From Octopus vulgaris (lineage: Eukaryota), in contig OX597832.1 of assembly GCA_951406725.2 (NCBI GenBank), forward strand, positions 34,038,001-34,102,000: a stretch of DNA of 64,000 bases. The letters are read 5' to 3'. The notes beneath the pieces are model-generated. The model saw only the letters and a list, made by a program, of their open reading frames with translations, was not told the origin of the DNA and ran no database searches. Every line of letters starts with the position of its first letter. The stretch's first letter is position 1. Positions 40,151-54,081 of this stretch are shown one piece after another. A program made the translations under genes and the position numbers.

Positions 40151-40571
40151 ACATATAAAATGACCAATATGACTTCCACTAATGTCCCTTTATTTTCCAA
40201 TATAATTCCCCTCCTATGCTGCCGGATAGCCACGTGTGAACATTACCGTCTGAGACTCATGTCCATAAGAAGCCGATATCAAATTTCATCAAAATGGATG
40301 GAGAATACCTAACCTATGTAAAACACTAATGTGGTAACAGGTGTTCACCTGACAACAATCTCTATTTTTTTAAGGTCTCTTTTCCAACTTTAGGCAATAC
40401 AATGACCCCTACTTCTAGTAAGTGACTCTTCTACCATCCCCTTACCTACTTCCTCTTCTTTGTAACATGTCTTCCTTTGTTCTCTATACTACTTGCATCT
40501 TTCCACTTTCTTCTTCCCAATTTCCCATACATTAGCCATTCCTTCAGTATTCTGCTTGTTACAACTACAAA

Positions 40572-40696
40572 TGGCTCTGATGAAAATAGTATTAATTTCC
40601 TCAGTTCGTTCAATTTTCCTCAACTGATCAACAGACCAATTAAGCAAACTATAATGACGACCAGAAACAGCTGTAAGCCAGATCTGGTCCAATAAA
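40572..40696 (+). ncRNA. Type I hammerhead ribozyme with long stem II insert
   Basis: TGGCT-CTGATGA-[80 nt with ATAGT/ACTAT, TTAATT/AATTAA, TCAGTT/AACTGA pairings]-GAAAC-AGCT-GTA-AGCCA. Perfect 5-bp stem I, palindromic stem III, AATAAA at 40691. Confidence 0.75.
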
Positions 40697-41102
40697 GGAA
40701 AAATATGGAATGACAATTATCTTTAATTTGTCTGGAACTCATCCAAGGATTTACAATACAGAATTTTGATAAACATAACCTTGGACCCTACCATGAGAAT
40801 AGTTGTTCTTCACTAAACCAAACAATATTGTCAACCTGGTGTGCCAACAGAGAACTTACGAAGTATTTCGCCCTGGATTGATAATCACGCACTATTTGTA
40901 ATGTATATGTGTGTATGTATATATGTATGTATGTATGTATATACATACATGCATATATGCACACATACATGCACACATGCATAGATACACAAATGCAAAC
41001 ACACATGCGCATACATAAATATGAACAGGCACATCCACAGACACATACAGTGATGTATATATACACGCACACACACATGCACACACGTATTCACATATAT
41101 AT

Positions 41103-41160
<58 letters not shown>

Positions 41161-42400
41161 ACATTGACATACACACCGCATCGATGGAAGTTCTTTCCTG
41201 CAAATGTATATTATTGTCAATAAAATTACTTGATCTCAGTAACATGCAATAAATATATTTGATATTCCAGATATCAGCATAGGGATTATCAGAGGGACAG
41301 CATAACGTTGGAAACAACAACAAAAGAAACCATAACAACAATAACAACAGCATCAAAATCGACAATAAATAACCCATAAGATAAAACAAAATGAACAAGC
41401 CAAAGGATATACAAATGTATATAAATTTATAAGCTGTACGATGATATAATAACACTAATAATGATAATAAAACTAATGATATTTATAATATTTATATCAA
41501 CAACAATAATAATGATAATAATAATTCTGTTATCATTGAGAGGAAGGAAGAGATGGAAATGGAGAATGATGTTGATGATGATGATGATTTGGTGGCGTCG
41601 GTGGTGATGGTGGTGGTAGTGATGGTAATGGAAGTAATCATTGTCATCGTCTGCATGGTGCTGATTTGCATGCTGACGGTGATGATGATGATAAATATAA
41701 TGGCAACAACAACAACAATGATAATGATAACAATAATAATGATAATAATAATGATAACAACAAAAATAATAAAAATAATAATAATTGTTCTTGAAGAATA
41801 ATGATGTCAAAGATACGAATAAAAACCTTAATTTATTATTGGCGGGGAAAAGAAGCAAAACAAAAACAAAATGAAATACTGACACCAGTTTCAAAGGGTT
41901 TGAACAGGCTAAATCATTAGTTATTACTGATGATGATAATGATGAAAATGATGGTAGTGGTGATGAGGAGGAGGAGGACGATGTTAGTACTAAAATTAAT
42001 AATAGTAATAATAATTATTAATATATGATAGTAATGATGATAAGAAGAACAATAGTCGTGTGATACTACGAATAAAAAAAATTAAAAAACACCGCAAATA
42101 CATTCTGCGAAAACTTAGAAGTTGAGTAAATCGAAGCCAATAAAGATAAAAAAAATGAAATAATGAAACAAGGAAGGCGAGATAGAGATTAACAGAGAGC
42201 CGTATGCGTTAGAGGAGTGATAGATAGAGAGAAGGAAAAACAATTTCCAAGTTGTTAGATAACCTCTATCAACCCTCGGTAAATCATAAATAATTTTTTT
42301 CAAAAAAGAAATACTGCAAAACAGACACTTAGTAATGACCTCTATTTGTAAAAAAGAATGTCTGTATGCGTGTGTATAAGGATATATGTATGTATGTATG

Positions 42401-42452
<52 letters not shown>

Positions 42453-42960
42453 CATACATACACGCATATTTATCCATATATGCATAGATATGTATTAGAG
42501 ATAACGTTGTGAATTCATACAAATCTACAATATGTTATCTGTTGGCTCCAATCACGTGTTCTGCCCTAAAAATAAACCTTCCTCTTATATCGTAATATTA
42601 TTGATATCACACACTCACATATACTCGCGCACGCACCCACGCTCGCACAAACAGGATCATACACAGATATCTTGCTCATAGATCTCAGAATTTTTGAGAA
42701 CCAGTGATTAACATTAAAATATTTTCGTGCTTCATGGCTTATTTTTATTTTATGTTCTTTGGCTTTCCAAGATTAATCTTAATATTTTCCATAAGAATTT
42801 CCTGTGAGTGAACGGACAATCGTCTTTGAATACTTATCTCTTTTTTTTTCTTATTGTTGTAAGGGACGAAACCTGGCCATATCAGATTTAAGAAATCATT
42901 CTTGTTCCTGTATGTTAAGATTTCTTGTGCTTAGGTTTTAAGCTTAATTCTCTTTTTTAC

Positions 42961-43177
42961 ATAATCCAACGAGCCGAGCGAGGACTCTCTATTTGTTCTC
43001 GTAAATATGGCTGCTCTGTCCAAATCATACAGTTCTATCTTTAATAAAGTGCAGAGAATACTGTACAACGCAGACTGACATATGTCTGACATAGGTCTTC
43101 GTTGAGGACCAAAGACATAAGATATCGACCCTCGTGGCATTTCAACCCAGGACATCTTTTCACTAGTTATACATTGG
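42961..43177 (-). CDS. Candidate internal coding exon, unknown protein
   Basis: Acceptor TTTTTCTTTTGTGGGTAG; open QCITSEKMSWVEMPRGSISYVFGPQRRPMSDICQSALYSILC...SLDY; weak donor GTAAAA. Confidence 0.35.
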
Positions 43178-44419
43178 CTACCCACAAAAGAAAAATTTAA
43201 CTTGACTCGCCATCCTTGTTATAAAAAGTTGTATTGTCAAGATTAATTGCATTCGTAGCATGGTTATTTTATAGCTAATGAAGCGTGATTAATCTCAGAA
43301 AGAGAAAGAATGAGCTCATTTTTTTTTTTAAATCACAGTATTTTGACATAATTCTAATTTTTCGCTTTAAAAGATTTTAAAGAATGTAATTCATTTTATT
43401 AACCACAAGGGCACAAGGTGTTGGTGACAGTGCGAAAACGAAATATAAAATATAGTGTAACCATATTATGGTTACAGCAATGGGATCGAGCCATTATCAT
43501 TCGCAAAATGAGCTCCCGTTAATTTGACTCGGATTGATTTCAATTTTGGTGTATCGATGCAACTCTGAATTTCGATTACGATCGACCAATTACATTATCT
43601 CGCAAACGCAGAAAAGTTCTGTCTCGCTATTGGCTTAAAATAGTTTTCCCGATTTTTAAACCTCTAACTTTTTCCTCCATCTTTTTCTCCACACATTCTA
43701 CCTTCATAACATTTAGACTGGAAAACTTTATTATTATAGCCGATATTCAGATTTTTTACTGTCTTTTAAAACTTGCATGTTTTACGAATGAAAAATACTA
43801 GACCTCATCAACAGTTGAAGCATTTTGAGATCTTGCTTAGTATGGTAAGAAGTTTACATTCCAAGTTCTGTGTTCAGTCCCACAGTATGATAACTTGGGC
43901 AAGTGTCTTCTAATACAGCCCCGGGATCGACCAAAGCCTTGTGAGTGGAATTGGCAAACGGAAACTGAAAGAATCCCGTCGTATGTGTGAGTGTGTTGCG
44001 TGTGTGAGCGTGTATGCGTGTATGTGGGGTGGTATTTATTCATAATGAAATGTAAGAGTTATATAACATTAAAGAAACTTTTCGTTGTTGAAACATTATA
44101 TGACAGAGAAGTCAACACATTAAGTAGAGTAAAGATGTGGGCAGCCCAGCCTGAAGCGGGGGGTCTCTCAGAAGACTTAATTAAACATGACAGGGTTCCT
44201 TCATCCGCACAACGACGGCGTCTGTATGACGTTGATTCGTATGCTACAAATAGCAACGAAACATTTAAATCAACTTCCTCTCTTTCTTAACCAAGAAACG
44301 TAACAGTCTGCCCTTAATACTACTAACATAGACAGTATGGTCATGGTTGAAATTTGTTTGACCATAGGTGTTGCATTCTATCAGTTCTGACATAGAAACT
44401 AAACAACCAACTAATTAAT

Positions 44420-44960
44420 AAAGTTATCGCCATTGTACAAAGCTCAGGTGGGAGCCACAATGAAGTGTAGCTTCTACATTTGGTAAGTTGCTTCGAGACA
44501 GTCTACAAGAGTACAAAAGTATCTTTGACATCTGATAGGTGTTGATGGCTCACCACACATGAAGATAGCGGGAACTCTACTAATAAACCTCGAGTTACTC
44601 ACAGGCACGTTTTGGCCTCTGACCTACAGGTGCAAAGTCTCACCTCTCTGCCTTTTTTACCATTGATACCTCCCCCACTCAGACACCTGTTTCCCTTCTT
44701 GTCGCTACCTTTGATGGGTGATTTCCCCCGAGATCCGAACTAAATCCTAAACCCAATCATTCCTTCCCAGAATTTCAGCCCTTTGAACTCCCTCCCCGTT
44801 CATAGCAAGGCAGTAGGGGTTGACATATTAAAGTTCAAGAGGAACATAAATGGCATCAATCTCACTAAACTGGAAGCGTTGGGAAGATCATTCCGACGGT
44901 CCCTTGAATAAATTAAAGCTCCTGTCTCTTCCTTATGCCTCTGCCACCAGTCCTACAAAA
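44420..44960 (+). mobile_element. CR1/Jockey-group LINE 3' fragment
   Basis: Degenerate YKAQV..TM....IW, YR.KVS.LCLFY, FLPR.SAL*NSLP and FKRNIN motifs. Confidence 0.75.
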
Positions 44961-45421
44961 TCCTCTTTTTCTCTGCACTGGGAATCTTCGTACTGTGTCT
45001 ACCTTACACCTACCGACAAAAACGATCCCCACCCCGCCACTTTTACTACAGTGTTTAAATCACAACTTTGTTGCTATGTCTAAGCTACCATGTCCCTACT
45101 GTTCTGCAAACATCACTACTACTACCAACACAATTTCCCTACTGTGCATAACACTACACTCCAACCTTGCTATGCTTCTAAACCGAGAGTCTCGAGATAC
45201 GGTATTAAACACAAAACCCGAACGTTTGAAAGCTCAGCTATAAAACATTCGAGATTAAAAATTTTGTTCGCTATGGCTTGTTGCCGGCAGACTTCGACCA
45301 ACAGGAGTTTAAACTGATAATTGTCTAAGTGCTTAAAGTGTGACGGATGTTTACTACTTTACATACTTATGCATAGATATACACGTACATGCATAGATAC
45401 TTGCTAACACACACACACGCT

Positions 45422-45467
<46 letters not shown>

Positions 45468-45519
45468 TTGTAACGTGATGCACACAAAATACACATTCAT
45501 CATTAACGCTAATACACAT

Positions 45520-45553
<34 letters not shown>

Positions 45554-46060
45554 CATATATATATATATATATATATCATTATATCTGCGTTTATGTATGT
45601 GTATGTGTTTGTATATATATAATTCTCCACCTATGTATGTTTGTGTGTCGAAAACTTATAGACATATGTAAATACACACATACATCTCCTTTCTAACGAA
45701 GCTATCAAGTAGCGTGTCCTAAAGTTGTTGAAATACGAAATACCACGAAGAAGGAGGGGATTAGCTCAATTGACAAAACCAACCGGATGTCAGGCTTTTA
45801 ACCTCTCTGGTTTGACCATGAAGAAACAATCGATTCTATGTCCACAACCACGAAATGTGGTGTTGCTAAAGTAAAATAAAAATCGATATACCAACATATA
45901 TATATATATACGTAAGTACCTGTGTATGTATGTATGTATGAATATATATATACATATGTGTGTTTGTGTATATACATATATAAAGACTATATGAGTGTGA
46001 ATGTGTTTATCTGTGTGTGTGTATACACACACGCACACATATGTATGTGTGTCTATATAC

Positions 46061-46106
<46 letters not shown>

Positions 46107-46648
46107 TTAGAGACACACGGCTACCGTACCCCCCACACCTTCTCTGCTACAGCCACTGTCACAATCCTGCGCTATTTTTGATTTCTGCTGTGAAAGATTT
46201 TGTAGCTGCTTATTTTTTGTTTATTAGATTTTGTTTTGTTTTGCTTTCCCTTTTGCTATATTCTTTGTTATTAAGCACCATTATCGTGTGATACAAAGCC
46301 GGTGTATTAAAATGTATTTTCCCGCCAGGCTTCAAAATCCCATATATCGTAATCCGATGCAGGTTCACTCACGCACACATTCGTAGGGACGCGTGCATAT
46401 ATACATACATAGTAACAAACACCTACACTTGCACGCAGACTTGCACAATATTCACATCCTTAAAAGACACGCATAGACAAACACTTATTGTCGCAATACA
46501 TGCACGTACTCACGTACTTACTGGCAGGCACACATTAATATACACAAGCAAAATGAAAACATGGAATATGTAAAGTTATACATACACGCATATATATATA
46601 TATGTGTGTGTGTGTGTGTATGTGTGTGTATATATGTGTATATATATA

Positions 46649-46759
<111 letters not shown>

Positions 46760-46944
46760 CAATTGACAAGGCTGCAAAACAAGAAAGTTTTAGAAAAAAA
46801 TATAAGTGGAATATAAACGGGTGAGTTTGTTAGATGTTAACGCATTAAGGCCTTATGACTCTCCCCAAACACAACAATATTTGCTTCAGCACATGAATTC
46901 ACATAATCTTAGAAGCCAGATACAAAACCAAAATGTGTGTGTGT

Positions 46945-47134
46945 GTATCGCTGGCGATTTTTTTTTTCCTCCATCTTCTCTTCCTTGGATCTTTCCTTTT
47001 CCTATGCTTCTGACGAAGAGCTCTGCTCGAAACGTTAAATCCTTCTTTCTTTCCATCCTGAGCGTCTAATAACACTATACTTGTTCCACGTCCTCGCGTT
47101 GTTGTGTTTTCTCTTTGTGTTTTCATGCTTGGAT

Positions 47135-47140
<6 letters not shown>
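46945..47140 (+). mobile_element. Short HHR-bearing element, family B
   Basis: About 190 bp between (TG)n and (TA)n; contains the HHR at 47006-47040. Confidence 0.8.
47006..47040 (+). ncRNA. Minimal type I hammerhead ribozyme
   Basis: GCTT-CTGACGA-A-GAGC-TCT-GCTC-GAAAC-GTT-AAAT. Intact core, palindromic AACGTT stem III, weak stem I. Confidence 0.75.
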
Positions 47141-47204
<64 letters not shown>

Positions 47205-47789
47205 AAAACATACATACATACTCATACATACATGAGCAAGAGGACAAGATGCAAAATGATGCGAAGAAAATGGTACTCGAATACCGAGGGTAGAGCAATA
47301 TATTGTTTCACTACTAAAAACACTTCGTAAACTTACTGGTCATATACATGTGTGTGTGTGTGTGTGTACACATGCACTCAGAGAGACACGCAATCTAACA
47401 CACAGGGACTCAAACGCACATACCAAACCCACTAAGCTTTTAAATATTGCAACCCCCAACGAGGAATCACTTAAAAGTGAGATGAGAGGTATCCCGCTGC
47501 AACATCATGTGATGCGATGTGGTTTAAAATGTTAACGTGAAATGGCGTGGTGTTATGTCATGTGATGTGATCTGATACGTGATGATGATGATGGTAAAGA
47601 AGGATGAGGAAGAGAGTAATAGGGGAGAAGAAAAAGAACAACAAATCGAATTAGAAGAAGGAGGTCAGTTCGATTAAAGTTGTTTCTCTTGATTGATGAG
47701 ATAAATAGCAATTAAATGCTGCAGATCATGATCTTATCATGTGCAAACACTTCATTAATGTAATTTATGAAGACAATATGGCAATTATT

Positions 47790-48300
47790 ATTAAGAGAGC
47801 ATGCGATCAAAGTGGCACAGAGATAAAATATACGAAGCCCAGTATACCAATCATGACTACCTGTCTGTTAAGGGCACACCAGGCACATGCATCACAACCA
47901 TATGTGCGTGACATGGTGATCCTATATCAAGATGAACAGCGTATTACCTTGCAGGTGGGGCCAGAGTTTTCTTCAGGCCTAGTAGCTCAAAAGGTCCCTG
48001 AATAAGGGTTGTTGAAGTACGTTGAAGAAAACATCCATGTTTCAAAGGTAAAGTATTCAAACTCCAAGCAATTTCTCTCAACTCATGGCTATTATGTTTC
48101 TCCACTACTTCTGCTCATGATCAGAGATACAAATATCGTCAACCAAAAAGGGACTTGCTCAACTGGACATGGTCAAACAACTGACAAGCAAATCTGTGAT
48201 ATTGCGCAGAATATTTGCTGTAGCCCATCTTTTATACCAAGAAAAAATGTACATGATAACAATTTTAGTCAGTTAAGATCACAAGCCATGAGAGCCAGTG
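47790..48300 (-). mobile_element. Probable non-LTR retrotransposon 3' fragment (clade uncertain)
   Basis: Higher-complexity block between (TTA)n tracts; weak similarity of 'FLQRTSTTLIQG' to CRE-type C-termini. Confidence 0.35.
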
Positions 48301-48359
48301 TCTTGCTGTTATTATTATTATTATGATCATCATCATCAGCAGCAGCAGCAGTATTAATA

Positions 48360-50130
48360 TTCGCTGCAGGATACGTAAGACGTTCTTCCGAACACGCTTC
48401 GTAAGTTACCCTTTATACTGTGTTTTTCACCTTGTCTGTGGAAAAACCAACACCAATAAAAATACCAATTTACCAACAACAACAGGAACACGTTCTCAGC
48501 AGCAGTAGCCAAAAGGAGACCTCGTTACAGCGTCCACAAATAAAGAGGAAAAGTTTGGCCTCAGCCTGGAAACTCATCAAGCCTGAACAAACCTGGGCCA
48601 ACTTAACCATCCCGAAGGAGGCAATTGGAGCAGTGTAGGAAAAAACAGTTCATTTCAGATTCATCTCAGCAGAAAGAAAGAAATTAGCAATAATAGCACA
48701 AGTTTCTATGATACGGAAATGTATCAGAGATTGATACCGAGTACATAGCGAGGGGCAGACAATACGGCATTATTTCGGTGCTTTTTAAGTCAGAAGCGCT
48801 CGCTATGAAGCACTCAAGGACACCTTGCTCGACCAGCAAGGTCATTACGTATCCCTTCCATATGTGAAAAAGAACAGCGTGTGTCTGCATTCCCAGCATT
48901 CCACCAGGACTTGACATGGGGTGGATTCTGGGATGCGTAGTCGAACAAGGATCAGATACCGTCCCGATAGAGGTGGCAAAGACTGCCAGAGAGAGTCTGG
49001 AGGTACTTCTCTAGATCATTGAGAAAAAAAAACATTTGCGAGCTTTCTGCTCTCAACTGATAATAGATGCAAGGGGTCGAAGGCCTCCACTGCTGCCTAC
49101 GCCCGGACGAGGACCACAACTAACACTAGCACCGGCAAAATCACCAGCAACAACAAACGAAACACCACCAAAGATTATTACCCACCCGAGCGGGAAACGA
49201 GGAAAGCTCTCCAACTCTCCCCACATCAAAGAATATAAACATACACACAGTCACGCTTAGAACCACAGACCCCTCATCTTCCAGTAGTAAAGATGAAGGA
49301 AAATCAAAAAGGTCCCCAAAAACAAAGAATGCACATAAGAAAATCTCCACAAAGCATAACAATACGCACAATAAAAAAAAATACAGACACCACCCACACA
49401 AGCACCTCTCCAACAACACCAACATTAACAGAACCAACACCATCACCAAAACCCCCCCAAACGCAAAATACCTAAACAGACACAAGAACGAACACTCACA
49501 CAAACATATGAAACCGCAGATACAACCAAAACAACACAAACAAAACCATTAGTCAAACAAACAAATAAAACCACACCAACAAAAATTACTCATCTTCGCA
49601 CTTATCAGAAAGGCTAACAAAGAACTGATGGCTCCCTAACACAAATCACTGAAATTGAAATAGAGGGGTGATTTTTTTGAATGGAGCACATTTCAAGTAC
49701 CACATCTGCTTCTGGTGCGAATGCCGCTCGATTCCTACACAAGAATTCAAGACAATTTTCCTAGCGACGTGGGAACGTGAAACTTACACCGAAATGTTTA
49801 CAATACTCACACCGACCTTCACAATACACCGGGAGGTAAGTGAACCTTTCCCCTTTCTCTTTAGCTTGCCAATATGGCCATATTAAGAGTAGGAGGTTTA
49901 AATGTTCGAGACCTGGGGTCGCCCTGGAAGCAGAGGCGTCTGCTCAACGACCTCAGGTCTTTAGAATTGAACGTAACTACTATCAGTGAGACCAGGATTT
50001 CCAACATGCGCGCACTAGTCCTCATTTTCGGCGTCTATCAGATCTTTGTCTGTTAGCCGTCCAGGAATGGGAAGTTGGGTGGCAGTACAGTTTAGGAAAG
50101 ACCTTATTTCGAGGTAAGGTCGATATTGTT
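48360..50130 (+). mobile_element. Tx1/L1-clade LINE 5' portion (decayed ORF1 plus APE endonuclease N-terminus)
   Basis: MAILRVGGLNVRDLGSPWKQRRLLNDLRSLELNVTTISETR (49874) is the APE 'LNVRGL...ET' start. Upstream is a degenerate ORF1 with a GRRP knuckle lead-in and a P/T/K-rich region. Confidence 0.75.
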
Positions 50131-50512
50131 ATTATTACCAACGCCAAGGAGGGAGGTTATGTTTTCATCGGCACTGGTTTGGACGCCTGTCCGTCTGTTA
50201 GCAAAAAACTCAAAAAGTTGTGAATGCTAATTGATAAAACTTGCAGAAACAGTTAGTAATGATACAAGGAACAGATGATGAAATTTTGGTAGTGATCCGG
50301 GAATTTTTATGGATGCTTGAAGGATTTTTCATTTGTTATATTTACTTTACATGAAGTATTACAATGTTACGTTCTTTGAATATCTCCCTTGAAAACACGT
50401 TCATCGTTTCCACGTAACCTATGGTTGCTGTTTCCAAAGTTTATTTTCGTTTCTCTATTAGTAATTTTGCTCGCGTATCGATCATAAAATGAGCTGCTTG
50501 GCGGAGGTCTGT
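50131..50512 (+). mobile_element. Helentron/HINE-like non-autonomous element
   Basis: TTATTACC.ACGCCAAGGAGG.AGGTTATGTTTTC start, CTGTCCGTCTGT motif, and subterminal IR CGCCAAG/CTTGGCG. Confidence 0.55.
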
Positions 50513-50531
50513 GGAGGATGACATGATAAAC

Positions 50532-50990
50532 CTTGACTATTGGGATCGACTCAAAAAGCTCAGGCTTTGCTCCCTCCACCGCCGCTGTGAGCTCTATACC
50601 ATCTGTATGATGTGGATAATATTCCATTAACATTGCCCATCCTTAAAATTTGTGCAAGGCCATTTGTCCACTACAGAAATGTTCGTGTCGTATCACAACA
50701 CTATGACAGAACTATTTCACCTCAATTGGCCCTGCGCGCTTCAACATCGTGCCAGACACACATAAAGAAGGAATGTGACTCCACGGCATTCAAACGATCC
50801 CAAGATGATTACCCCCAACAAATACCAGATAAACCACCCACCCCCAGATATGTCTCTGAAAACAACAACCCTCTTCTTGAATGGGCTACAGTTCCCTAGA
50901 GCTGACTGGTATCCCTTCCAGGTGGTGCTATTAAAGTTGACATGACCTGATTCAACTTCGGCCGAAACTTATCTAATCTAATCTAATCTA
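50532..50990 (+). mobile_element. CR1-group LINE 3' end with (ATCTA)n tail
   Basis: LDYWDRLKKLRLCSLHRRCE...FKRS.D..IPDKP...N.LLEW; same family as 63190-63669; (ATCTA)4 at 50971-50990. Confidence 0.85.
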
Positions 50991-51789
50991 CGCTATAACC
51001 TTTTAATAAAAGTATGACAACGTGGGTAGAGGCTGATATGTTAACATTTCTGATGGTCTTCAGTATAGAAAAGAATTATTAAAGATTTATATAGAACTAC
51101 ATTCAGAGTATGTCTATAAGCTATTGTGTTTATACCTGGTTTCTATCCCCAAACTGTTCTGTTTTGTAGATACAATTTTGCTTTAAGAAAGCACTCCGTA
51201 ATTATAAAAATCAAAAATGTGCAACAATCTCGGTTCCATGAGTATCGGATAATGGATTTTCAACTGTGTAAAGAAACTGATTGTGGTGAAAGCAGAGACA
51301 GTGTTGATGATGACGATGGTCGAGATAAGTATGGGAGGAGGATAAAATAGTATCGGTGATTTTATAATGGCGACAGGAACAGTGTGATGCTGAGGTGATG
51401 GGGATAATAGTAGTGTTGATGATAGTATTAGATGTGTGATGGTGGTATTGCAGTGGTTCTACTGGTTGTGGTGGTGAAAGTGACTGTCAAGGTAACCGTC
51501 ATGATAACATTGATGGCGGTGTATGTGGTTGAAGCGAAAGCAATGACAATGATGATGATGTTGGTGGTTGGGAACTGCTTCAGATGATTCCTGTTTTTAA
51601 AGTATTTAAAAAAAATCATATAGCTGTGATATATTTTTTTTACCCCAGCCAAAGAGGTTATATTTTTGCCGGCGTGGTTTGGGAAATTGGGTGATTTTCA
51701 GCATGCGTGTATTTTGGTGGACTCCAAGTCTCACTTAGAGACTTCAAAGGACAACATTGGTTCAGGTTCCAACTTATTCCTTGTGGTGT

Positions 51790-52262
51790 TTATGTGGGTA
51801 GCGGGTAACTACCTGTGACCTAAGGTGTACTCAAGTTTTCAGCCGTCTTTCAAGTGCTAAGGACCCTCCAGATAATCCTTGCTGTCCCTGAGAGAGATAA
51901 ACTTTCTGTATGAGCTCTACCGGGCATTCTGTTCCAATCCCCTTCAGCCGTTTGTCTATATCTTGGCTTACTGTTCCCAGTGCACCAATTATTATAGGCA
52001 TAACCTTTACTGTTCTCATGCTCCAAATTCTTCCTATTTTAAGGAATTGTATATTTTTCGTTTTTCTTCCTCTTTCTTTACGATCCTGGAATCAGACGGG
52101 CATGATAGGTCAATTAGTAAGTGACTTCCCTTATCTATAATTGTTATGTCTGGTCTATTATTTTCTAACTTCTTGTCCATTTGAATAGGAAAGGCCAACA
52201 AAATCTTACATTTCTCTGACTCCAGTTCTCTTTCGAATCGATGATTGTACCATGTGTTTCCA
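51790..52262 (-). mobile_element. Dong/R4 LINE 3' fragment (restriction-like endonuclease)
   Basis: WYNH....E...KIL..F.IQ.D.....NRPDI..ID.....ID..CP.D...KE.EK...PIIIGALG. Confidence 0.85.
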
Positions 52263-53503
52263 GTATCATCATTTTTATTATTATTTGAAATTTGAAACCT
52301 ATTTTTAACGTCGCGAGCTTTAAAGAATTGTTAGTGCGTCGGTCAAAATGCTTAGCATCATCTCAGTTCAAATTCCGACTAGTTTGACTTTATCTTTCAC
52401 CTCTTCTAGGGTTGATGAAATAAAGTACCAGCCGATCACCGGGATACCTAATCGGTTAGCACCCTTTCCCATAAGTTTCATTCTATAGGGCCTATCGTAG
52501 AAAAAATTATTACTGCGTTGGGTAGGGCCAACGTCATCTTCTCCATTGATCACTTCTGACTTAGAAATATTAAAATAAACGTACCAATCATGCAAAAAGG
52601 ACCGATTCCATAACCTACACATTTTTGGCCCCATTTAATACACTTTCCCGCTCGGAATCTATGGCCTCGTCCGAAACATTCTCTGAAATCACTCTTTGTC
52701 GCCATATTTTATTACAAATTACTCATTTTCAATAATGAAAACTTACGAAAACACAAAAAAAAAACTAAAAAATTGGTAAAACAAATTAAACATGACAAAC
52801 CGAAAGCAAATCAAATAAAATATATTGATCCAATAAAGGAAATAAAATATAAAAAAACCCAAAAATATAATTTAATCAATGAAATCCTAAAGAGAGAAAA
52901 GGAGAGAAAAAGAGACATTATTTTAATATTGTCATTCGATGTTTCTTTATATCTTTCTTCCTTCGTTGTTCTTTCCCTCTCCCCCTTTCCCTCCTTCTCC
53001 TTCCTTTCTCTCTCTCTCTTTCTCTCCTGTTTATCATATATGTGTAAATGTGTGCGCGCATGTGAGCCATTACATATACACACATGCTTATACACACACA
53101 CACACACATATATATATATATTCATACATGGAGAAAGAGACACACACACAGACAGGCAGGTAGACAGACAGACACATAAACAGACACACATAGACAGACA
53201 AGCAGATAGATATATAGACAGAGAGACACACAGACAGCCAGACACACAGATATTCATGATGTAGTAATTTACCCCAATTATTTATTTTTATTCTGTTTCA
53301 TTGTATACCTATCTCTCCCCTAATATACGAACCCTATTTCTCTTTCTCCCACTCCATGTGTCCCTCTCTCATTATCCATTTACTCACTTATATATCTATC
53401 TTTCTACCTATTTCTACGTTCCCCAATCACACATTATCACAGGCTTCACTCTCACACAGTCTTTTATTTCTCCTTCCAGCATCACACCACATTCACTCCC
53501 TTT

Positions 53504-53544
<41 letters not shown>

Positions 53545-54040
53545 ACACACACACACACACACAGGCGCACACACGATGCCGTTTATTTCTCAGTCTTCCT
53601 CTCTTACCTTTGTATATTCTTCGTTTAGAATCAGTCTTGTTTTCCTACCTTCCCAGCTTCGCTTTACTTCTATCGCTTCCTCACTCTTCCTCCCTCCCTC
53701 TCTCCCCCTCTCTATATATCTATCTATATGTCTGTCTCTTCCCTCTTACGCTCTCTAATTATTTATCATTCACATTCCTTCTCTTTCTCACTTCATCACT
53801 CTACGTCTCACTTTGTCTCTCTCTCCTTTTCTCCCCCTCTATCACTCTGTCTCCCTCTCCGGTACCTCTTCCATTATAAACCCCAACAAAAACACCAACA
53901 CAGTATATATTAGCAATTAGCCGGCAACGTCAATGGCCACCAAACGAATTGCTGTCCAACTAACTGTTATTAGCCATTTTCCTTGCATTAAAATTAAGTT
54001 AAATGGAGTTTACGACTTCAGCGATGATTAAGTGGCTGGC

Positions 54041-54081
54041 TGGTCAGGTGGTTGGTCAGGTGGTTGGTCAGGTGGTTGGTC
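54041..54081. repeat. 12-bp tandem repeat (TGGTCAGGTGGT) x3.4
   Basis: Directly visible; each unit contains the E-box CAGGTG. Confidence 0.9.

Noticed and set aside
50935-50970. CCTGA..GCCGAAAC at the CR1 3' end (also 63195-63225)
   Set aside because: No CUGANGA core; this is the LINE 3' UTR stem-loop.
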